DNA of 24,478 bases from Alphaproteobacteria bacterium (GCA_038131935.1 JAYPQH010000034.1:1-24478), one strand, 5' to 3'. Positions 11,979 to 23,325 are shown, numbered from the stretch's first letter. Notes: generated by a model not told the origin, from the letters alone. Program-made: numbers and translations.

Positions 11979-13388
11979 ATGACAACTTCACAAGATATTC
12001 TTAACCGTATTAAAGAAGAATCTATCAAATATGTTGATTTGCGTTTCACTGATCCTCGTGGAAAGTGGCAACATCTCACCATTGATATTGCAATGGTTGA
12101 TGAAGAATTTCTCGAAGAAGGTACGATGTTTGATGGCTCCTCGATTGCTGGTTGGAAAGCCATTAATGAATCAGACATGTTGTTAATGCCTGACTTAGAA
12201 ACTGGCTTCATTGATCCTTTCTTTGCGCAGACGACTTTGGTGCTGTTTTGCGATATCCTTGAGCCATATACCGGTGAAGCATACAATCGCGATCCCAGAT
12301 CGACAGCAAAGCGCGCAGAAGCGTTTGTAAAAACGAGTGGCGTGGGCGACACCGTATTTTTTGGTCCAGAAGCAGAATTCTTTGTATTTGATGATGTTCG
12401 CTGGAATATTGGGATGAACAAAATCTCCGCTGAATTCGATTCTGAAGAAGGTCCATACAACACAGACGCTGAATATGACGCTGGGAATATGGGACACCGG
12501 CCGGCAATTAAAGGTGGTTATTTCCCGGTCCCTCCTGTTGATTCAGGCCAAGACTTACGTGGCGAAATGCTGGCAGCAATTGCTGAAATGGGTGTGGAAA
12601 CAGAAAAGCATCACCACGAGGTAGCCCCCTCACAGCATGAATTGGGTATAAAATTCAATACCCTTACACGTACTGCAGACTTCATGCAGATCTACAAATA
12701 TGGCGTGCATCAAGTGGCATCTTCATACGGTAAGACAGCTACGTTTATGCCAAAACCAGTCAAGGGTGATAATGGCTCTGGTATGCATTGCCACCAATCT
12801 ATCTGGAAGGATGGAACGTCTTTATTTGCTGGAGCAGGCTACGCAGATCTTTCTGAGCAATGCCTTTACTACATTGGCGGCATTATTAAGCATGCTAAGG
12901 CACTCAATGCTTTCACCAACCCATCAACAAACTCATACAAGCGTTTGATACCTGGATTTGAGGCACCTGTGTTGTTGGCATATTCATCACGGAATAGATC
13001 AGCTTCCATCAGAATCCCTTATGCCCCTTCTCCAAAAGGGAAAAGGATCGAAGCAAGATTCCCAGATCCTACAGCGAACCCATACTTGGCATTCTCAGCC
13101 ATGTTGATGGCTGGCCTCGATGGGATCGAGAACAAAATTCATCCTGGTGATCCAATGGATAAAGATCTTTATGCTCTGCCTCCTGAAGAACTTAAAGATA
13201 TTCCAACCGTTTGTGGTAGCCTTCGTGAAGCACTCGAAGCGTTGGATAAAGATAGAGCTTTCTTAACCAAAGGTGGCGTATTTACCGATGATCAAATTGA
13301 CGCCTATCTCGAATTAAAGTGGGAAGAAGTGCACAACTTTGAACATACCCCACATCCTATCGAATTCGCGATGTATTACTCCGTGTAA
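11979..13388 (+). CDS. glnA: Glutamine synthetase type I
   Basis: [49 protein letters not shown] and the adenylylation site [16 protein letters not shown] favours the ATG at 11979 over the TTG at 11967. Confidence 0.97.
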   Translation: MTTSQDILNRIKEESIKYVDLRFTDPRGKWQHLTIDIAMVDEEFLEEGTMFDGSSIAGWKAINESDMLLMPDLETGFIDPFFAQTTLVLFCDILEPYTGEAYNRDPRSTAKRAEAFVKTSGVGDTVFFGPEAEFFVFDDVRWNIGMNKISAEFDSEEGPYNTDAEYDAGNMGHRPAIKGGYFPVPPVDSGQDLRGEMLAAIAEMGVETEKHHHEVAPSQHELGIKFNTLTRTADFMQIYKYGVHQVASSYGKTATFMPKPVKGDNGSGMHCHQSIWKDGTSLFAGAGYADLSEQCLYYIGGIIKHAKALNAFTNPSTNSYKRLIPGFEAPVLLAYSSRNRSASIRIPYAPSPKGKRIEARFPDPTANPYLAFSAMLMAGLDGIENKIHPGDPMDKDLYALPPEELKDIPTVCGSLREALEALDKDRAFLTKGGVFTDDQIDAYLELKWEEVHNFEHTPHPIEFAMYYSV

Positions 13389-13412
13389 ATTTTCTAAAGC
13401 ATTACTTTAGGC

Positions 13413-13443
13413 AAAGACGGCCCGGTTCGGGCCGTCTTTTTTT
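13413..13443 (+). terminator. Rho-independent terminator after glnA
   Basis: Perfect 12-bp stem AAAGACGGCCCG-GTT-CGGGCCGTCTTT running into a T tract, 24 nt after the glnA stop. Confidence 0.9.
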
Positions 13444-13549
13444 GTTGGGTTTCATGCTGCGCGCAAAATCATTTACATTTACGAAACGTTAAGGCTGTAA
13501 GTGATTCGTAAAATGTTTCTATTTCAGCATAATATCATTTGGGGAAGTT

Positions 13550-15511
13550 ATGGCATCAAACGATCTTTTTCAGGGTAAAATCAATACAGACAGTAGCTAT
13601 GATGCCGTTGACATTGAGGTACTTGAAGGCCTTGAACCGGTTCGTAAACGGCCTGGAATGTATATTGGAGGTAGAGACAAGCGCGCCTACCACCATATGT
13701 TTCGTGAAGTGTTTGACAATGCGATGGATGAAGCTGTTGCAGGTCATGCAAATCGCATAGATGTTATATTGCACGATAAACATACAATATCGGTAGAAGA
13801 TAATGGTCGTGGCATACCTGTCGCACCACATCCTAAATTTCCAAGCCAGTCTGCATTAGAAATTATTATGACGACCTTACATTCTGGTGGAAAATTTGGT
13901 GACAGCGCTTACAAAACATCTGGTGGACTCCACGGTGTTGGCGTCTCTGTTGTCAATGCGCTTTCCTCCCGGACCATTGTAGAAGTAACACGAAACAAAC
14001 AAATCCACCGAATATCATTTTCTCGGGGGGATGTTGTCGAGCCACTAGATACACTAGGGCAAGTCAGCAATCGTCGTGGTACCAAGGTTACCTTCACACC
14101 AGACAGCCAGATATTTGGCTCAGAGCTTTTTTTTGACCCGTCTGAAATCTACGCCTTTATAAGACAAAAGGCATTCTTGAATGCTGGCATCACTGTTCGT
14201 TGGCAAAATAAGAGCGCCCCATCAGGTTCTGTACCAGATGAAGATGTGTTGCATTTCCCAAATGGATTGCAAGATTGGCTTGGCGAACTCATTGGTACAC
14301 AGTCGATATGTGGTGGCCGTAGCTTCGTGGGCCAATCATCTACAGGCAAACAAGGTGGCAAGTTGGAGTGGGCTATCGCTTGGCTAGACACTCCTGGTGA
14401 ATTTTTAACTTTCTGTAATACAATACCAACACCTCTTGGTGGCACCCATTTGGCAGGTCTTCGCGCTGGTCTTTTAAAGTCGCTTAAAAATTATGCCACA
14501 TTGCGTCACACAGCGAAATTTAACCAAGTCATTCAGGAAGACGTTCATCTATGCCTGCATGGCGCATTGTCACTTTTTATCCATGAACCAGAATTTCAGG
14601 GGCAAACAAAAGATCGTCTGAACTCAGCAGAAGCACACAAAATTGTAGAGAATAAAATACGGGATCTTTTTGATCATTGGCTTGCCGCAGATCCAGAGCA
14701 ATCGGATCAACTGTTGCAATTTATTATGGAGAAAGCTGAAGAGAGACTGGCCAGAAAGCAGCAAAGGGAGGTCTCTCGAAAATCTGCTACCCGCAAACTT
14801 CGGTTACCCGGAAAGCTTGCTGATTGCACAAGAGATGCACAAGAAGGAACAGAACTCTTCATCGTTGAAGGTGATTCAGCTGGTGGAACCGCGAAACAAG
14901 CTCGAGAGAGAGAAACACAAGCCATTCTTCCCATACGTGGAAAAATTCTCAACGTTGCAAGTGCCACTGAGGAAAAGATACGTGCCAACAAAGAGATTGC
15001 AGATTTGTTGATTGCTCTTGGTTGTCAAACAGGTTCTTCCTATCGGCAAGAAGATCTCCGTTATGAAAAAATTATTATCATGACAGATGCAGATGTTGAT
15101 GGTGCACATATTGCATCACTTTTGATGACGTTTTTCTTTCAAAAATTACCAAAACTTATAGAAGATGGTCATTTATACCTTGCCTTACCACCATTGTATA
15201 AACTCTCTACAAATAAAAAAACGTTATATGTGCAAGATGATAAACAACGTGATCAAGCCCTACGCGATGCTTTTCCAAAGAACGCCAAAGTAGAAATCTC
15301 ACGTTTTAAAGGGCTGGGTGAGATGATGGCAGCTCAACTTAAAGAAACAGCCATGAACCGTGAGAAACGTAAACTCATACAGGTGCAACTTAACGACGAC
15401 CATTTGGAAAATGCTATGGGCATGGTGGAGACACTCATGGGTAGAAAAGCTGAGAGTAGGTATCATTTTATCACAACACATGCTCCTCATGTGTCGTCGC
15501 TAGATGTTTAA
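13550..15511 (+). CDS. parE: DNA topoisomerase IV subunit B
   Basis: GLEPVRKRPGMYIG, GGLHGVGVSVVNALS, TOPRIM VEGDSAGG, PIRGKILNV, MTDADVDG and RFKGLGEM. At 653 aa it lacks the long proteobacterial GyrB insertion, and RLPGKLADC is ParE-like. Confidence 0.88.
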   Translation: MASNDLFQGKINTDSSYDAVDIEVLEGLEPVRKRPGMYIGGRDKRAYHHMFREVFDNAMDEAVAGHANRIDVILHDKHTISVEDNGRGIPVAPHPKFPSQSALEIIMTTLHSGGKFGDSAYKTSGGLHGVGVSVVNALSSRTIVEVTRNKQIHRISFSRGDVVEPLDTLGQVSNRRGTKVTFTPDSQIFGSELFFDPSEIYAFIRQKAFLNAGITVRWQNKSAPSGSVPDEDVLHFPNGLQDWLGELIGTQSICGGRSFVGQSSTGKQGGKLEWAIAWLDTPGEFLTFCNTIPTPLGGTHLAGLRAGLLKSLKNYATLRHTAKFNQVIQEDVHLCLHGALSLFIHEPEFQGQTKDRLNSAEAHKIVENKIRDLFDHWLAADPEQSDQLLQFIMEKAEERLARKQQREVSRKSATRKLRLPGKLADCTRDAQEGTELFIVEGDSAGGTAKQARERETQAILPIRGKILNVASATEEKIRANKEIADLLIALGCQTGSSYRQEDLRYEKIIIMTDADVDGAHIASLLMTFFFQKLPKLIEDGHLYLALPPLYKLSTNKKTLYVQDDKQRDQALRDAFPKNAKVEISRFKGLGEMMAAQLKETAMNREKRKLIQVQLNDDHLENAMGMVETLMGRKAESRYHFITTHAPHVSSLDV

Positions 15512-15515
15512 GCCT

Positions 15516-16230
15516 TCATATGAGTTGATCAAGAAAACTACCTAAATAGTCACAAACAATTTTTGGCGCTTCCAATGTCACCAAGTGCCCACAATTGGGG
15601 ACAATAACGAGTTCACTGCCCGTAATATTTTCATGCATTTCTTGCGAAACCTTAGGTGGGGTTACCTTATCCTCAGCACCCACCATGATTAACGTAGGCA
15701 CATTGATCATCTTTAGGTCCGATAACCGGTCTTTACGCCCCATAATTGCTGTCTGTTGGCGAACATAACCGTCTCGACCAATATGCTCCCCCATACCAGT
15801 GATCAAAGACACAAGAGCTGGATCTTGCGCATTTTGGGGGCTTAGAAACATTGGCGCTAACTTTTTGGTCACGCCGGTAAAACGTCCAAGTTTTGATTGT
15901 GCAATAAGTCTTTTTCGTAATGTAATCTGTTCATCACGATCGGCACGCGCATTAGAGTTCAACAAAACCAACCCTTTTACATCGCCCAACCCAGCAAAAA
16001 ATGATTCTGAGAACAATATACCCACCCATGGATAATCCAATAAGCACGACTTCGCGGGTTTGGGCTACCTGTTGCCTTAGTCTTTCAACGATACCATGCA
16101 AAGAATCATCCAAATGATGAGGTACGACTAAGGTATCTAGGCCACGGGAATGAAAAACATCCATAATTGGCTCAAACAGCCTATCGTCACATAACAGACC
16201 TGGAGCAAGAATGATCAAAGGTTGTGGCAT
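15516..16230 (-). CDS. Alpha/beta fold hydrolase (frameshift near 16008)
   Basis: N-terminal part PGLLCD...GLSMGG (nucleophile elbow). C-terminal part PTLIMVGAEDKVTP (Asp) and CGHLVTLEAP (His). ATG at 16230 with GAGGA RBS. Confidence 0.85.
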
Positions 16231-16340
16231 GTTATCCTCAGTAAAATAATTAATGTCATGATGGACATAATGGAGATTGCACGAAGACACAAACTAGGTT
16301 CATCCCCTATTCAGGAAAAACTCAGTAAATTTGGATACAC

Positions 16341-17630
16341 ATGGATTTTAGTGAATTAGGTCTATCTGACAATATTCTGCGCGCCGTTAATGAGAGCGGT
16401 TACACCACACCAACAGAGATACAGCGCCGTGCAATTCCGGAAGTTTTGAACGGGCGAGATATTTTGGGCATTGCACAAACGGGAACTGGTAAGACAGCGT
16501 CTTTCACGCTTCCAATGTTAACTTTGTTAGAACGCGGACGTGCCCGCGCACGTATGCCACGATCTCTTATCCTAGAGCCCACCCGTGAACTCGCAGCTCA
16601 AGTGGCCGATAACTTCGAAAAGTATGGTATTTACTCACAATTATCCATGGCATTACTCATTGGTGGTGTGTCTTTTGCGGAGCAAGAGCAAAAATTGGAA
16701 CGAGGTGTTGATGTTTTAATTGCAACACCAGGAAGGCTATTGGATCATTTTTCACGCGGTGGGATCTTACTTAACGGCGTACAAATTTTTGTCATTGATG
16801 AAGCTGACCGAATGTTGGATATGGGGTTTATTCCTGATATTGAACGCCTTGGGAAATTACTGCCATTCACCCGCCAATCTCTTTTGTTATCCGCCACCAT
16901 GCCAGCACCCATTGAAAAGCTAGCTGATACTTTTTTGCATAATCCTATCAAGATAGAAATTGCCAAGGCCGCCTCAACGGCAGACACAATCAGTCAATTC
17001 TGCCAATTCGTTGAAGCACGCAAAAAAAGAGAGGCGTTAAAAGATTATTTGGAAAGCAGAAATGTTAGCAATGGCATTATTTTCTGCAATCGGAAACGCG
17101 ACATTGCAAGTCTTGATTCATTTTTAAAGAAAATCGGCCAAAGCTGCGGCTCTTTACACGGAGATATTGAACAACGCATTAGATTGGAAACGCTAGAAAA
17201 ATTTAAATCTGGTGATATAAACCTGCTGGTAGCTTCGGATGTAGCAGCGCGCGGCTTAGACATTTCAACAGTGAGTCACGTTGTCAATTATGACGTTCCT
17301 TTTAATCCAGATGACTATGTTCATAGGATTGGTCGTACAGGCCGTGCAGGCCGAACAGGTGAGTCTCTAACATTGGTAAGCTCTTCAGATGAGGAAAGTT
17401 GGACCAAAATATTAAACCTCATTGAGAAATCTATTCCCACATTAGAATTACCTGATGGTAAAGTCGCGTCTACAGTGGCGCAAGATCATGCACAAAAGGA
17501 AATCACGAGCAGCTCACCACTTACAAAACAAAAAAGAAATGGTAGCAAAAGTATGCGGCCAAAAGAAATGATCGATGATCATAGGCCTTTTGGTGAGACA
17601 GACCAAGTCCCAGCTTTTCTAAGACGGTAA
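16341..17630 (+). CDS. DEAD-box ATP-dependent RNA helicase (RhlE-like)
   Basis: Q motif PTEIQ, AQTGTGKT, PTRELA, TPGRLLD, DEAD, SAT, ARGLD and HRIGRTGRAG. Confidence 0.95.
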   Translation: MDFSELGLSDNILRAVNESGYTTPTEIQRRAIPEVLNGRDILGIAQTGTGKTASFTLPMLTLLERGRARARMPRSLILEPTRELAAQVADNFEKYGIYSQLSMALLIGGVSFAEQEQKLERGVDVLIATPGRLLDHFSRGGILLNGVQIFVIDEADRMLDMGFIPDIERLGKLLPFTRQSLLLSATMPAPIEKLADTFLHNPIKIEIAKAASTADTISQFCQFVEARKKREALKDYLESRNVSNGIIFCNRKRDIASLDSFLKKIGQSCGSLHGDIEQRIRLETLEKFKSGDINLLVASDVAARGLDISTVSHVVNYDVPFNPDDYVHRIGRTGRAGRTGESLTLVSSSDEESWTKILNLIEKSIPTLELPDGKVASTVAQDHAQKEITSSSPLTKQKRNGSKSMRPKEMIDDHRPFGETDQVPAFLRR

Positions 17631-17975
17631 TCAGACAGTAAACCGAACGGACTCCCCACAGCCACACGCATCAACAACGTTTGGGTTGTTGTATGTGAAT
17701 CCGCTATTAAATTTTGTAATTTCATAATCAATGGTGCAACCGAGCAGGAAAAAGAAGCTTTCAGGGCCAATGACAACACGAGCCTGACCATTGACAATAA
17801 GTTGGTCGGCCTCTTGTATGCTACGGTCAATTTTTACATCATATTTCATTCCCGCACATCCACCTGCTGCAACAGAAAAACGCACTGCTGCGTCAGAAGG
17901 TTCATCGGAAAGAATATCCATGATGCGATGTCTCGCAGCGTCCGTTAAAATAATGGGATCTTTCATGGTCATCAC
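17631..17975 (-). CDS. sufA: A-type Fe-S carrier (SufA/IscA, HesB family)
   Basis: GGCAGMKY and NPN...CGCGES motifs; last gene of the suf operon. Confidence 0.88.
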   Translation of the reverse strand: MMTMKDPIILTDAARHRIMDILSDEPSDAAVRFSVAAGGCAGMKYDVKIDRSIQEADQLIVNGQARVVIGPESFFFLLGCTIDYEITKFNSGFTYNNPNVVDACGCGESVRFTV

Positions 17976-17978
17976 TCC

Positions 17979-18347
17979 TTACAGAAAACCTAGCTCTAGA
18001 CGGGCAATCTCTGACATGCGGCCATGATCCCAAGCAGGTTCCCAAACAATATCCACCCTGACAGGACCAAGATCACTTTGACCAAAAGCATCTGAGACCA
18101 TTCCCGGCATTTCTTCTGCAACAGGACAACCTGGTGCCGTTAGGGTCATATCAATTTCCAGGCCATCTTCGGTTACATCCACTCGATAAATGAGCCCAAG
18201 ATCAAATATATTCACGGGGATTTCTGGGTCAAAAACTGAGCGAAGATACCCTACGATTTCATGACCACGGGGATGTTCCACAAAATTCCCATTCACTTGA
18301 AGACCTACCTCATGAAGGATTTCTTGAACAGGTTGCATATCATTCAT
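17979..18347 (-). CDS. sufT: SUF system Fe-S assembly protein SufT (DUF59/MIP18 family)
   Basis: VFDPEIPVNIFDLGLIY, MTLTAPGCPVA and VWEPAW...MSE.ARLELG motifs. Confidence 0.88.
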   Translation of the reverse strand: MNDMQPVQEILHEVGLQVNGNFVEHPRGHEIVGYLRSVFDPEIPVNIFDLGLIYRVDVTEDGLEIDMTLTAPGCPVAEEMPGMVSDAFGQSDLGPVRVDIVWEPAWDHGRMSEIARLELGFL

Positions 18348-18751
18348 CACACCATTCCTCTTTTGCTAAAATCCATGGCAAATGTACACATTGGAACCGT
18401 GCCTTCACATTGGCAATCACAGACAACGCATCACGGTCGTCCTCAAAACCTTTGTGATCGGTTATATTTTTATCGATAAGACTTTCTAACCAAGCAACAG
18501 TGGGGCTTAATCATTATCTGGCCCATCTCCACATAGGTTTTCGTAAAAATTGATGTGGAAGCAATACAAAGGGCACAGCCACGCGCCTGCGATCCTACCA
18601 ATTCATGGGACAAAATGCGAAACCTTACCGTATCTCCACACAAGGGGTTGCGCTTTTCGATCACAAGACCATCACCCACGATACCCTCCCCTATAAATGG
18701 TTTATGGGCATGGTGCATAATTTTATCTTGATAAATGGCCATTGGATCCAT
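18347..18751 (-). CDS. sufU: SufU/IscU-family protein (frameshift at about 18500-18530)
   Basis: ORF 18470-18751 has YQDKIMHH, NPLCGD and GCALCIASTS. A different frame continues WLESLIDK...DALSVIANVKARFQCVHLPWILAKRGMV* and ends in a TGATG overlap with the sufT start. Confidence 0.8.
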
Positions 18752-19986
18752 TAACGAAACCTCGAAAAAAAACTTTGAGCTGCATCTAAGGCTTCAAACA
18801 AACTCGCCACATCCTGTTGAGATGTATAAATCCCAAATGAGGCTCGTGTTGTTGCACTTTCTCCTAGGCATGTCATCAATGGTTGTGCGCAATGATGACC
18901 CGCACGAACGGCAACACCCCTATGGTCTAAAAACGTAGCTAAGTCGTGAGGGTGCACACCATCCATTCCAAAGGAAATGACACCTGATGAATCTTTATTT
19001 GTGTAATGCTGCAACCACGGACGTTCCTCCATCAATTGAATAGACCATTGCGTCAATGCCGCTTCATGTGCATGCAACTTTGCCAAATCAAATTGTTGCA
19101 TGTATCTGATGGCAGCACCAAAGCCCACGGCTTCAGTAATTGCAGGTGTTCCAGCTTCCAGATGACGGGGGGAAGTTGCGTATGTGATGTGATCTTCTGA
19201 GACAAGGTCTATCATCTCACCGCCACCACGAAAGGGTTGCATGGCAGCCAAAAAATCAGGTTTTCCCCATAAAGCACCAATACCGGTGGGGCCATATAAT
19301 TTATGAGCAGTGAATGCATAAAAATCGACGCCCATCTTTTTTACGTCAATGCGTTCATGCACAGCACCTTGGCACCCATCTAATAGAACCGGAATAGACC
19401 TTGGTTTTGCCATGGCTACAACCCGCTCTACATCCGTGCGCGCTCCTGTCACATTAGACCGATGCGTTAATGCAATCATAACGGTACGATCATTAACCAA
19501 AGCCTCAAAGGCTTCCATATCGAGACCAAACTCTTCATTCAACGGAACAAATCTCAAAACCGCACCATGACGCTCACGCAAGAAATGCCATGGTATGAGG
19601 TTGGCATGATGCTCAATTTGCGAGACAATAATTTCATCACCAGGTTTTATTTGCGGCGCTAAAAAACTATAAGCCACCATGTTAATGGCATCTGTGGCCC
19701 CACCTGTAAAAACGATTTCATTGATATCAGCCCCAACAAATCCCGCAACAAGCTCACGAGCTTGCTCATATGCATCTGTAGATTCAGTGGCCAGTGCATG
19801 AACCCCCCTATGCACATTAGCATAAGACGTCTTCATAAAAATCGGACATCGCATCAATCACCATATGGGGCTTTGTGAAGATGTTGTTGAATCCAAATAA
19901 ACCAGTGGTTTATTATGAACTGAGCGAGAAAGAATTGGAAAATCGCTGCGCAAATTATCCATTATGTCTTGCGCTAAAAAAGTCAT
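18751..19986 (-). CDS. sufS: Cysteine desulfurase SufS (compensating indels near 19873 and 19832)
   Basis: N-terminus LRSDFPILSRSVHNKPLVYLD, then YANVHRG, EHHAN, PLP site TAHKLYGPTGIG and the group II motif RAGHHCAQP. The start at 19986 is in frame with the main ORF, but an internal stop lies between the two indels. Confidence 0.93.
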
Positions 19987-21067
19987 TACCCACCATCTCC
20001 TAACATTCTATCCACCACTGCATCATCTGGAGTTAGCCCTCCAAGCTCAACAGCTGCCGCTTCAACCAAACCATAAATAAATGCTCGTAGCAGCATATCA
20101 CGGGCGCGTTTCTCTGGTATTCCCCGAGATGTAAGGTAAAATAAGGCCTCATCATCTATATTTCCTATGGCGACACCATGACTGCAGATGACATCATCAT
20201 GAAATATTTCAAGTTCAGGTTTACCATGATGGGTAGCACCATCATTCAAAAGTAATATTTTGGCTTGTTGAAAGGCTTGGGTCGCCCGCGCACCCTCTGC
20301 TACATGTATCAGACCATCAAACCCACTGACCGACTGATCGCCTACCACGGCGCGCACGTCTTGTGATGATAGAGCACCTGCAGCAAGATGGCGGACACAG
20401 AAATGCAGGTCGCGATGATGGTTATCTTCCAACAAATGACCCGCAAAAAGCTGCGCTCTGCTGTCTTCATTCATATACACATGACGTTCATCATGCACAA
20501 ATTTACCCCCAACACTTAGATCAAGATCAACAAACTTTGCTGCTCTTTCAAGGGTTATGTTTGCTGTACCCAAACGATTGGAAAAAGGCGTTGTGGAGGC
20601 CTCGATCCATGACAAGGTAGCACCTACCCCAACATGACATTCTTTATGCATCCATATGGAAAGTTGATCACTAGGCGCACCTGTGGATATTGATGCGGCA
20701 ATACCAGGCTTCACAATGATGTGACATTGTAGTGAAAGGTTGGTGCAAGGGGATCTGTTCGCCATCCCCAAACAAGTGACATATCCTCAGAGCATACAAT
20801 CGATAATGTTGGTATGTCTTGCTCTTGTAACAAATGACCATATTTGGCGGTGGACATGACTGGAGAGAATTCCAAACTCACTGAGTTTATCAATGCGGAG
20901 CCAATCCGTACCAAAGTATTTTCAAAAATAATTTCATGGGTTTTGAGTGAGTCATCAACAAGTAGCGAAAGAGGATGGCTAGAAGCGCCCACCTGCGCAA
21001 GTGCTTGTGGGTTGCCGTAGCGCCATCCTTCAATCCTCTTGTGAGGAATTTTTTCCGCGACGAACAT
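19986..21067 (-). CDS. sufD: Fe-S cluster assembly protein SufD (divergent; frameshifted near 20720-20780)
   Basis: N-terminal PHKRIEGWRY and C-terminal KPELEIFHDDVICSHGVAIG..DDEALFYLTSRGI; located between sufC and sufS. Confidence 0.87.
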
Positions 21068-21822
21068 TAAGCCACCTCAAAGGATGCGTAACCATCACGC
21101 TCTAACTCGAGTGCTAGTTCAGGACCACCTGTTTTAACGATGCGACCATCATGAAACACATGGACATAATCAGGTTTGATATAATCCAAAAGTCTTTGAT
21201 AATGGGTTATAACAAGAAATGAACGGGTAGCATCACGCATCTTGTTCACCCCTTCTGCCACAATTTTTAATGCATCTATATCCAGGCCAGAGTCCGTTTC
21301 ATCAAGAACGGCAAGTTTTGGCGCAAGCATAGCCAATTGTAGAGCTTCGTTACGTTTCTTTTCTCCACCAGAGAATCCTACATTCAAGGGGCGACGAAGC
21401 ATATCTTCACTCACAGAAAGATCACGTGCTTTTGCCTTAACCTTTCTCATGAATTCAACGGTAGGCAATTTATCTTGGCCGCGCGCTTTGTCTAAACTTT
21501 CCAACGCAGTTTTTAGGAAACTCATGTTGGCGACGCCAGGGATCTCGACGGGATATTGCATAGCAAGAAATACACCTGCTACCGCACGCTCGGTAACATC
21601 CATATCCAAAATACTCGTACCATCTAGAAGGATATCACCATCCAGCACTTCATAACCTGAACGTCCCGCCAGCGTGTAAGCAAGTGTCGACTTTCCAGCA
21701 CCATTCGGCCCCATAATAGCATGAACTTCGCCAGGCATCATATCTAAATTCAAGCCATCAATGATGGTCTTACCCGCAACTTGTACGACTAAATTTTGTA
21801 TACGCAGACAAGGTACGCTCAT
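21067..21822 (-). CDS. sufC: Fe-S cluster assembly ATPase SufC
   Basis: GEVHAIMGPNGAGKST, QYPVEIPGV, GFSGGEKKRNE, LDETDSGLDIDAL and ITHYQRLL. Confidence 0.96.
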   Translation of the reverse strand: MSVPCLRIQNLVVQVAGKTIIDGLNLDMMPGEVHAIMGPNGAGKSTLAYTLAGRSGYEVLDGDILLDGTSILDMDVTERAVAGVFLAMQYPVEIPGVANMSFLKTALESLDKARGQDKLPTVEFMRKVKAKARDLSVSEDMLRRPLNVGFSGGEKKRNEALQLAMLAPKLAVLDETDSGLDIDALKIVAEGVNKMRDATRSFLVITHYQRLLDYIKPDYVHVFHDGRIVKTGGPELALELERDGYASFEVA

Positions 21823-23257
21823 CCGATGCTTCCTCTAAATTGATCCCCAAAAGCTTTTGCGCTTCCGCAGCAAATTCCATTGGAAGTTGCTGCAATACTT
21901 TTTTACAAAAACCACTCACAAAGAGCCACGGACTCTCCTCACTAAGCCACGTTGCTGACAATAAAAAAGTTGATCATCTGACAGCTTTGAGGTTGTCGCT
22001 TCATGTTCAATTTGCGCTGTGGAATTCTTGCTTTCTATGTAAGGCGTTGTGTGTGCACCGCATTGATCACCGATGAGCAATGAATCACATTGCGTATGAT
22101 TGCGCGCATTTTTTGCGCGAGGATGTATAGAAACCAAACCTCTATAAGTTGAATTTGATGATCCCGCGGAAATGCCCTTGGCAACGATACGAGAGCGGGT
22201 ATGTGCACCTAGATGTATCATTTTGGTACCTGTATCTGCTTGCTGCTTACGGTTGGTCAACGCAATTGAATAAAATTCTCCAACAGATCCATCACCACGA
22301 AGAACACATGATGGGTATTTCCATGTTATTGCAGATCCTGTTTCCACCTGCGTCCATGAAATTTTTGAATTCTTTCCTGCACAAAGGCCCCGCTTGGTCA
22401 CGAAGTTATAAATACCCCCTCGCCCTTCAGCATCACCTGGGTACCAATTCTGAACTGTGGAATACTTAATTTCTGCATCATCCAAGGCTACCAACTCTAC
22501 CAATGGCTGCATGCAATTGGTTTCATCTCTCAGGTGCAATGTGCATCCTCAAGATAACTCACATACGAACCTTTGTCAGCAATCAACAAGGTGCGTTCAA
22601 ATTGACCTGTATTTGCAGCATTAATACGAAAATATGTGGATAATTCCATGGGACAGCGCGTATTGGGAGGAATATAAACAAAGGTTCCATCCGAAAACAC
22701 CGCAGCATTGAGGGTTGCATGTTTATTGTCTGTCAAAGGAACCACAGAGCCGAGATATTTTCGAACCAACTCAGGATGCTCCTGAACAGCCTCAGAAATG
22801 GAACAAAAAATAACCCCCGCCTCCGCCAACTTATCTCTAAACGTGGTCGCAACGGAAACAGAATCAAACACGGCATCTACCGCAACACCGGCCAACATTT
22901 CCTGCTCTTTCAGAGGAATGCCAAGTTTGTTGTACACATCAAGCAGCTCTGGATCTACTTCGTCTAAAGACTTGGGCTTATCGGCCATAGATTTTGGTGC
23001 TGAATAGTAGGAAATTTCATCATATTTGATAGGTCTATATCCAACCGCGCCCAATCAGGATCCGGAAGAGCGCGCCAACGTTTTAATGCTTCGAGCCTGT
23101 ATTCCAAAAGCCAATCTGGTTCACTCTTACGCGAAGAGATAAATCGAACCACATCCTCGTTTAACCCTGGTTCGATCGTGTCGGATTGAATATCACTCGT
23201 GAAACCGTAGCGGTATTCTTCATTGGCAATAGCCTCTATCTCTTTGCGATCATCCAT
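21819..23257 (-). CDS. sufB: Fe-S cluster assembly protein SufB (multiple frameshifts)
   Basis: Fragments YRYGF...[64 protein letters not shown] and [13 protein letters not shown]. Breaks near 23045, 22540-22500, 21945-21925 and 21833. Confidence 0.94.
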
Positions 23258-23325
23258 AACAATTCCCTACTATTTTACTAGATTTTACCGTATATAGGGG
23301 GAGAGCTTTGACGTAATCAAGCCCA

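Noticed and set aside
13550-15511. gyrB assignment
   Set aside because: It is too short for an alphaproteobacterial GyrB (about 800 aa with the insertion), and the motifs fit ParE.
21819-23257. Intein or insertion in sufB
   Set aside because: The total span of about 1.44 kb equals a normal SufB. The breaks are small indels with no extra domain.
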